A stretch of 64,000 nt of DNA from the human T2T-CHM13v2.0 reference genome, Homo sapiens. Below are positions 58,672 through 64,000 of the stretch, in pieces. Position 1 is the first letter of the stretch; the number at the start of each line of letters is the position of its first letter. A program made the position numbers and the translations under genes. The DNA lies in assembly GCF_009914755.1 (NCBI RefSeq), contig NC_060933.1; one strand, 5' to 3'. The notes under the pieces are model-generated. The model did not search any database, had not been told where the DNA came from, and was given only the letters and a program-made list of their open reading frames with translations.

Positions 58672-59925
58672 GAAACATACATCAGGGAAATGCAATTCAT
58701 AACTACAGTGAGATACCACTTCCCACCCATTAGAATGGCTACTACTTTTTTTTAATGGAAAATAATATGTGCTGGTGAGAGTTTGGAGAAATTAAAACCC
58801 TGATGTATTGCTGGGGGGAACGTAAAATGAGGTAGCTATTATGGAAAACAGTATGGCGATTCCTCAAAAAGTTAAACATGGAATTATCATATGATCCAGA
58901 AATTCTACTCTTAGGTATATACTCAAAGAATTTGAAAGCAGAAACTCAAACAGATATAGACACTGATGATGGTTTAACTTTACCATGGTGCAAAAGTGGT
59001 ACACATTCAGTAGAAACCATCCTTCAAGTATCCATACAACCATTCTTCTACACAATCTTCCATACACATATGGAAACTGTACACATTTCATCTTTCATTG
59101 AAATATGAAGATATCTGGGTGGTACCAGAGACTGACTATGTCAGACATTTCTCTTGAACCATTTCAAACCTGTTTGGGCCCACCACCTGCTCTAGCTGCT
59201 ACTGTGGATTTTTTCTCTTTCAGTACAGTATTCAATAAATCACATGAGATATTCAACACTTTATTATACAACAGGCTTTGTGTTAGATGATTTTTGTCAA
59301 CTATAGGCTAATATAAGTGTTCTGAACACATTTAAGGAAGGTGAGGCTAAGCCATGATGTGCTATAAGCTACATGTATTAAATGCAGTTTTGACTTATGA
59401 TATTTTGAACTTACGGTGGGTTGAAATCCCATCGTAAATCAAGGAGCATCTGTGTTTGTACACCAATGTTCTTAGCAGCACTATCATAACCCAAAGGTAA
59501 AAACAGCCCCAGTGTCCTTCAACAGATGAATTAATTTTAAAAAGTGATATATCAATACAGTAGAATATTATTCAGCATTAAAAAGTAATGAAATCCTGGC
59601 ATACTCTATTAAATGTCACAAAGATTATGCTAAGTGAAATAAGCCAGACACAAAAGGACAAACATTGTATGATCTCACTTACATGAGGCACCTAGAATAG
59701 GTAAATTCATAGAGATAGAAAGTAGAATAAAAGTGACCAGGAGTTTCAGGGAGAAAGAAATAGGAGGCTATTGTTTAATGGGTGTAGAGTTTCAGTTTGG
59801 GATGATGAAAAAGATCTAGAAATGGATATTGGTGGGATTGGTTGCACAACATCATGAATGTACTTAATGTCCCTGAATTGTACACTTAAAAAAAGTTAAA
59901 ATGCTAAATTTTATGTTATATGTTT
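58672..59925 (+). mobile_element. L1MB (MB3-like) 3' end, inserted in a MIR and interrupted by MER47A
   Basis: atcagggaaatgcaa...gagataccact; aagccagacacaaaaggacaa; gagtttcagtttgggatgatgaaaaag; gaattgtacacttaaaa. MIR halves at ~58550-58670 and ~60015-60110. Confidence 0.88.
58958..59452 (-). mobile_element. MER47A (Tigger5 family) with ~160 bp captured insert
   Basis: End ...ccatcgtaaatcaaggagcatctg; body ttcaataaatcacatgagatattcaacactttattata; gaggctaagccatgatgt. Confidence 0.88.
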
Positions 59926-60157
59926 GGGTTTTTTGTTTTTTGGTTTTTTATTTTTATTTTTATTTTTTCCACAGTGAAGGGGAAGGAAGGGAAGGAGAGA
60001 GAGAGAAAGAGTACAAGACTACCTTATAGGTTGTTATGAGGATACAATGAGAAGGTGTCTGCAAAATGGCTAGCTAAGAGAATGCATTTTATACATATGT
60101 AAAATTTTATTATTAAATTTAAAGCCAGAATTTAGCCCTTACAGGTAGTGAATTTAT

Positions 60158-62173
60158 CTTTTATTTATTTTTTATTTCTATAGGTTTTGAGAGAACAGGT
60201 GGTGTTCGATTATATGGATAAGTTCTTTAGTGGTGATTTCTGAGATTTTAGTACACCTATCACCCGAGCAGTGTAAACTGTACCCAATGTGTAGTCTTTT
60301 ATCCCTCACCCCCTCCCACCCTTTGCCCCAAGTCCCCAAAGTCCATTGTATCATTCTCATGCCTTTGCATCCTCATAGCTGAGTTCCCGTTTGTAAGTGA
60401 GAACATACGAAAGTTTGTTTTTCCCTCCCTGAGTTACTTTATTTAGAATAATATTACTCAACTCCATCCGGGTTGCCGCAAATGCCATTATTTCATTCCT
60501 TTTTATGGCTGAGTAGTATTTCATGGTATATATCTCACATTTTCTTTATCCACTCATTGATTGATGGGTTGGTTTCATATTTTTGCAATTGTGAATTGTG
60601 CTGCTATAAACATGTGTGTGCAAATGTCTTTTGTGTAATGACTTCTTTTCCTCTGGGTAGATGCCCAACAGTGGGATTGCTGGATCAAATGGTAGATATA
60701 CTTTTAGTTCTTTAAGGAAACTCCACACTGTTTTCCATAGTGGTTGCACTAGTTTACTTTCCAACCAACAGTGTAAAAGTGTTCCCCTTTTGCCACATCT
60801 ACGCCAACGTCTATTATTTTTTGATTTTTTAAAATTGTGGCCGTTCTTGCAGGAGTAAGGTGGTATCGCATTGTGGTTTTGATTCGCATTTTCCTGACGA
60901 TTATTAATGTGGAGCATTTTTTTCTACATTTTCTGGCCTTTTGTATATTTTCTTTTGAGAATTGTCTATTCATATCCTTAGCCCACTTTTTGCCCAGGAT
61001 TATTTGTTTTTGTCTTGCTGATTTGTTAGTGTTCCTTGTAGATTCTGGATATTAGTCCTTTGTTGGATGCATAGTTTGAGAACATTTTCTCCCACTCTGT
61101 GGATTGTTTACTCTGCTGATTATTTCTTTTGCTGTGCAGTTTTTTTAGTTTAATTAAGTCCCATCTATTTATCTTTGTTTTTATTGCATTTGCTTTTGGA
61201 TTCTTGGTCATGAAGTCTTTGCCTAAGCCAATATCTAGAAGGGTTTTTCCAATTTTATCTTCTAGAATTATTATGGTTTCAGGTCTTAGATTTAAGTCTT
61301 TGATCCATCTTGAGTTGATTTTTGTATAAGGTGAGAGATGAGAATCCAGTTTCATTCTTCTACGTGTGACTTGCCAATTGTCCCAGCACCATTCGTTGAA
61401 TAGGATGTCATTTCCCCACTTTATGTTTTTGTTTTCTTTGTCAAAGATCAGTTGGCTATAATTATTTGGCTTTATTTCTGGGTTCTCTGTTGTGTTCCAT
61501 TGGTCTATGTGTCTATTTTTATACCAGTACCATGCTGTTTGTGTGACTATAGTGTTATAGCACAGTTCGAAGTAGGGTAATGTGATGCCTCCAGATTTGT
61601 TCTTTTTGCTTAGTCTTGCTTTGGCTATGCAGATTCTTTTTTGGTTCCACATGAATTTTATAATGTTTTTTTCTAGTTTTGTGAAGAATGATGGTGGTAT
61701 TTTGATGGGAATTGCATTGAAATTGTAAATTACTTTTAGCAGTATGGTCATTTTAACAGTATTGATTCTACCCATCCAGGAGCATGGGGTGTGTTTCCAT
61801 ATATTTGTGTCATCTATGATTTCTTTCAGCAGTGTTTTGTAGTTTTCCTTGTAGAGGTCTTTTGCCTCCTCGGTTAGGTATATTCCTAAGTGTATTTTTT
61901 TTTTTTTTTGCAGCTATTATGAAAGGGGTTGAGCTCTTGGATTTTATTCTCAGCTTGGTCACTACTGGTGTATAGCAGTGGTACTGATTTGTGTACATTG
62001 ATTTTGTATCCTGGAACTTTGCCAAATCCATTTATCAGTTCCAGGAGCTTTTTGGAGGAGTCTTTAGGGTTTTCTAGGTATATGATCATATAATCTCAGT
62101 TTGACTACTCTTTACCAGTTTGGCTGCCCTTTATCTCTTTCTTTTGTCTGATTGTTCTGGCTAGGACTTCCAG
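60158..62173 (-). mobile_element. 5'-truncated L1PB (PB1/PB2-like) with ORF2 remnant
   Basis: ORF 61026-61775 (-) gives L1 ORF2p-like peptide ([28 protein letters not shown]); L1PB 3'UTR; TSD caggtagtg(a/g)atttat (60142-60157 / 62171-62186). Confidence 0.95.
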
Positions 62174-62574
62174 GTAGTGGATTTATTATTCAATCTGATA
62201 TTTATCATATCAAAGGCGAGGGTAGAAATTTGTGGTAAGGAAAAGGTGAATATAGGTTTGGGGAAAAACACCATCCACCAAGAGGCAGAGTGATTCATTT
62301 GAAGAAACTAAGCTAGTGTCTCGCACTTCCTTATGCTCTTATCTCCAATGTGCTCCCTTAGGCATAGGGAAGCCTCGGTTTTCTCATCAGTAAAATGGAC
62401 AGAAGAGCCATGTTTTCAAAGAAAGCACCAAGCTCTGGAATTTTTTCATTCAATTGTTTTGAAGACAATAGAGAAAATAGATGGAGCAGTAGCAAGAGCC
62501 AGCTATTTATTGAGTCTGTGGAATACGAAAACTGCACTTATTTTCTAATCTTCCATTGAGATAAGAAGAGATCT

Positions 62575-62990
62575 GGGTGGTACCAGAAATTGACTGTGTC
62601 AGAAACTTCTCGTGCACCATTTCAAGCCTGTTTGGGCCTACCACTTCCTTCAGCTGCAACTGTGATCAGCTCTGAGCAGGTGTCTACTAGCTTAGTTCAG
62701 CTGCAACCAGTCTGCAATATACCCAGGGCTTTTCAGTTCCCTCACTTCCTTCCCTGGAACTCCCATGGTGCCATAACATGTGATGCCATAGGCACCCACT
62801 TGGCCTTCACATATGAACATCTAGGAAGTGGAGAAGCAGTAATATGTGCAGGTCTGCCTTTAACCCCTGGACAATGGGGCTGATGGATCAATGCCTTCCT
62901 CTTTCATTCCCCAGGAAGACCTAAGACTTATTTCATAACACTCCTCAGAAGCTCCCAGAGGCATCTCATCAGTGATCATCAGTAGTTGTG
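62575..62990 (-). mobile_element. LTR16-like ERVL LTR remnant
   Basis: cagctctgagcagg...cacccacttggc..ggaagtggagaag...gacaatggggctgatggatcaatgccttcctctttc..ctcctcagaag. Family name from memory. Confidence 0.55.
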
Positions 62991-63422
62991 ATCTACTGGG
63001 GATGTGTAAAGTTTTATGTAATTTTAACCTAAGTTTTGGTTGGAAATTGCCACATTTATTTTGATCTCAGTGACCAAATCACTCACATATACCAAGATGC
63101 TCTACTTAACCCAGCGTTGTTAGAAGACCCTTATCTGCCTTGGATACTTGAAAGTTGACATGGATCTTCTTTCTGCATATTTCTTATCAGTGTATTTCTT
63201 ATCTAACATCATGGAGTCTCACCCAGGCTGGGTATATGAGACTCATGTTCACTCTAGTCTATAGTCATGGAGTTCTCCCTTCAGGTATATGTGGAATAGG
63301 AGGTCATTAGGGGAGAGTGTGTGCATCAAAGGTGGGAGGGTTCATTCTCAGCAGGGCCCCCTTCTCTCTGACCCCCAAGGCTGAATTAGAGGTCTCTTGC
63401 CCTCCCTCCTATCTGCCCCTAT

Positions 63423-64000
63423 GATTGTGGTCAAATATACACAACATTAAATTTATCATCTTGACCATTTTTAGTGCACAGTTCAGTAGTAAGTTCTAAT
63501 TGTTGTCTAATCTCCAGAACTTTTCTCATCTTGCAAAACTAAAACTCTATAGAGTGAGCTCTTCATATCCATGGGCTCCACGTCCCCAGAATCAACCAAT
63601 CATAAATCAAAGACACTAGAAAATATTTTTTTAAATACAAAAATAAAAATAATACCAACAAAAGCCCAATAGCATATAACAACTTCCTACAAAGCATCTA
63701 CATTCTATTAGGTATTCTAAGTAATCTAGAGATTATTTAAATTATACAGGAAGATGAGCTATATGCAAATATTGTATCATTTTATGTAAAGGACTTGCTT
63801 ATTCTTAAATTATGGTAGCCATTGAGGGTGTTGGAAGCAATCCCCCGTGGTTACCAAAGAACAACTGTACCTATTAAACAACAACTACTCATTCCCCTCT
63901 ACCCTGACCCCCTGTCAACTACCATTCTACTGTCTCTATAAATTTGACTACCCTAGGAACTTCATATATATGTAATCATACAGTATTTGTCCTTTTGTGA
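63423..64000 (-). mobile_element. L1MA/MB 3' end (runs off window), interrupted by MER2
   Basis: aaatatacacaacattaaatttatcatcttgaccattttt...tctccagaacttttctcatcttgcaaaactaaaactcta | cctattaaacaacaact...cagtatttgtccttttgtga. Confidence 0.85.
63552..63867. mobile_element. MER2 (TcMar-Tigger MITE)
   Basis: ttaggtattctaagtaatctagagattatttaaa, tatatgcaaata, aatcccccgtggttaccaa..acaactg; TA flanks. Confidence 0.85.

Noticed and set aside
61026-61775. 249-aa ORF, the longest in the window
   Set aside because: Fragment of L1 ORF2p in a 5'-truncated, frameshifted L1PB; not a functional CDS.

Overview
Primate, almost certainly human, non-coding genomic DNA (intergenic or deep intronic): about 40% GC, CpG-depleted and dominated by interspersed repeats. 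These include Alu J/S/Y and a FAM monomer, many MIR and L2 remnants, L1PB/L1PA/L1MB/L1M pieces, a probable HAL1, solo LTRs (MER51 nested in an ERVL-type LTR, THE1C, MLT1, LTR16/33-like) and DNA-transposon MITEs (Tigger2a, Tigger3a, MER47A, MER2, MER58A, MER63, MADE1). I cannot support any protein-coding gene, RNA gene or CRISPR array. The long ORFs are Alu or L1-ORF2 read-throughs or chance ORFs. The most interesting signal is a recurring one. Two Tc1/mariner-family MITEs (MER47A and MADE1) each carry an internal filler that is a diverged direct copy of DNA lying a short distance downstream. A third MER47 copy is rebuilt around an inverted copy of its own end. Together these look like fossil records of template-switching gap repair (local sequence capture). 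Other candidates are an AP-1/ETS/E-box CpG-retaining element at ~39.2-39.9 kb and a GC-rich island at ~54.7 kb with a strong splice acceptor, a possible 6-nt microexon and back-to-back Kozak ATGs. Repeat family names come from my recollection of consensus sequences, not from a database search; boundaries without TSD/TIR evidence are approximate.
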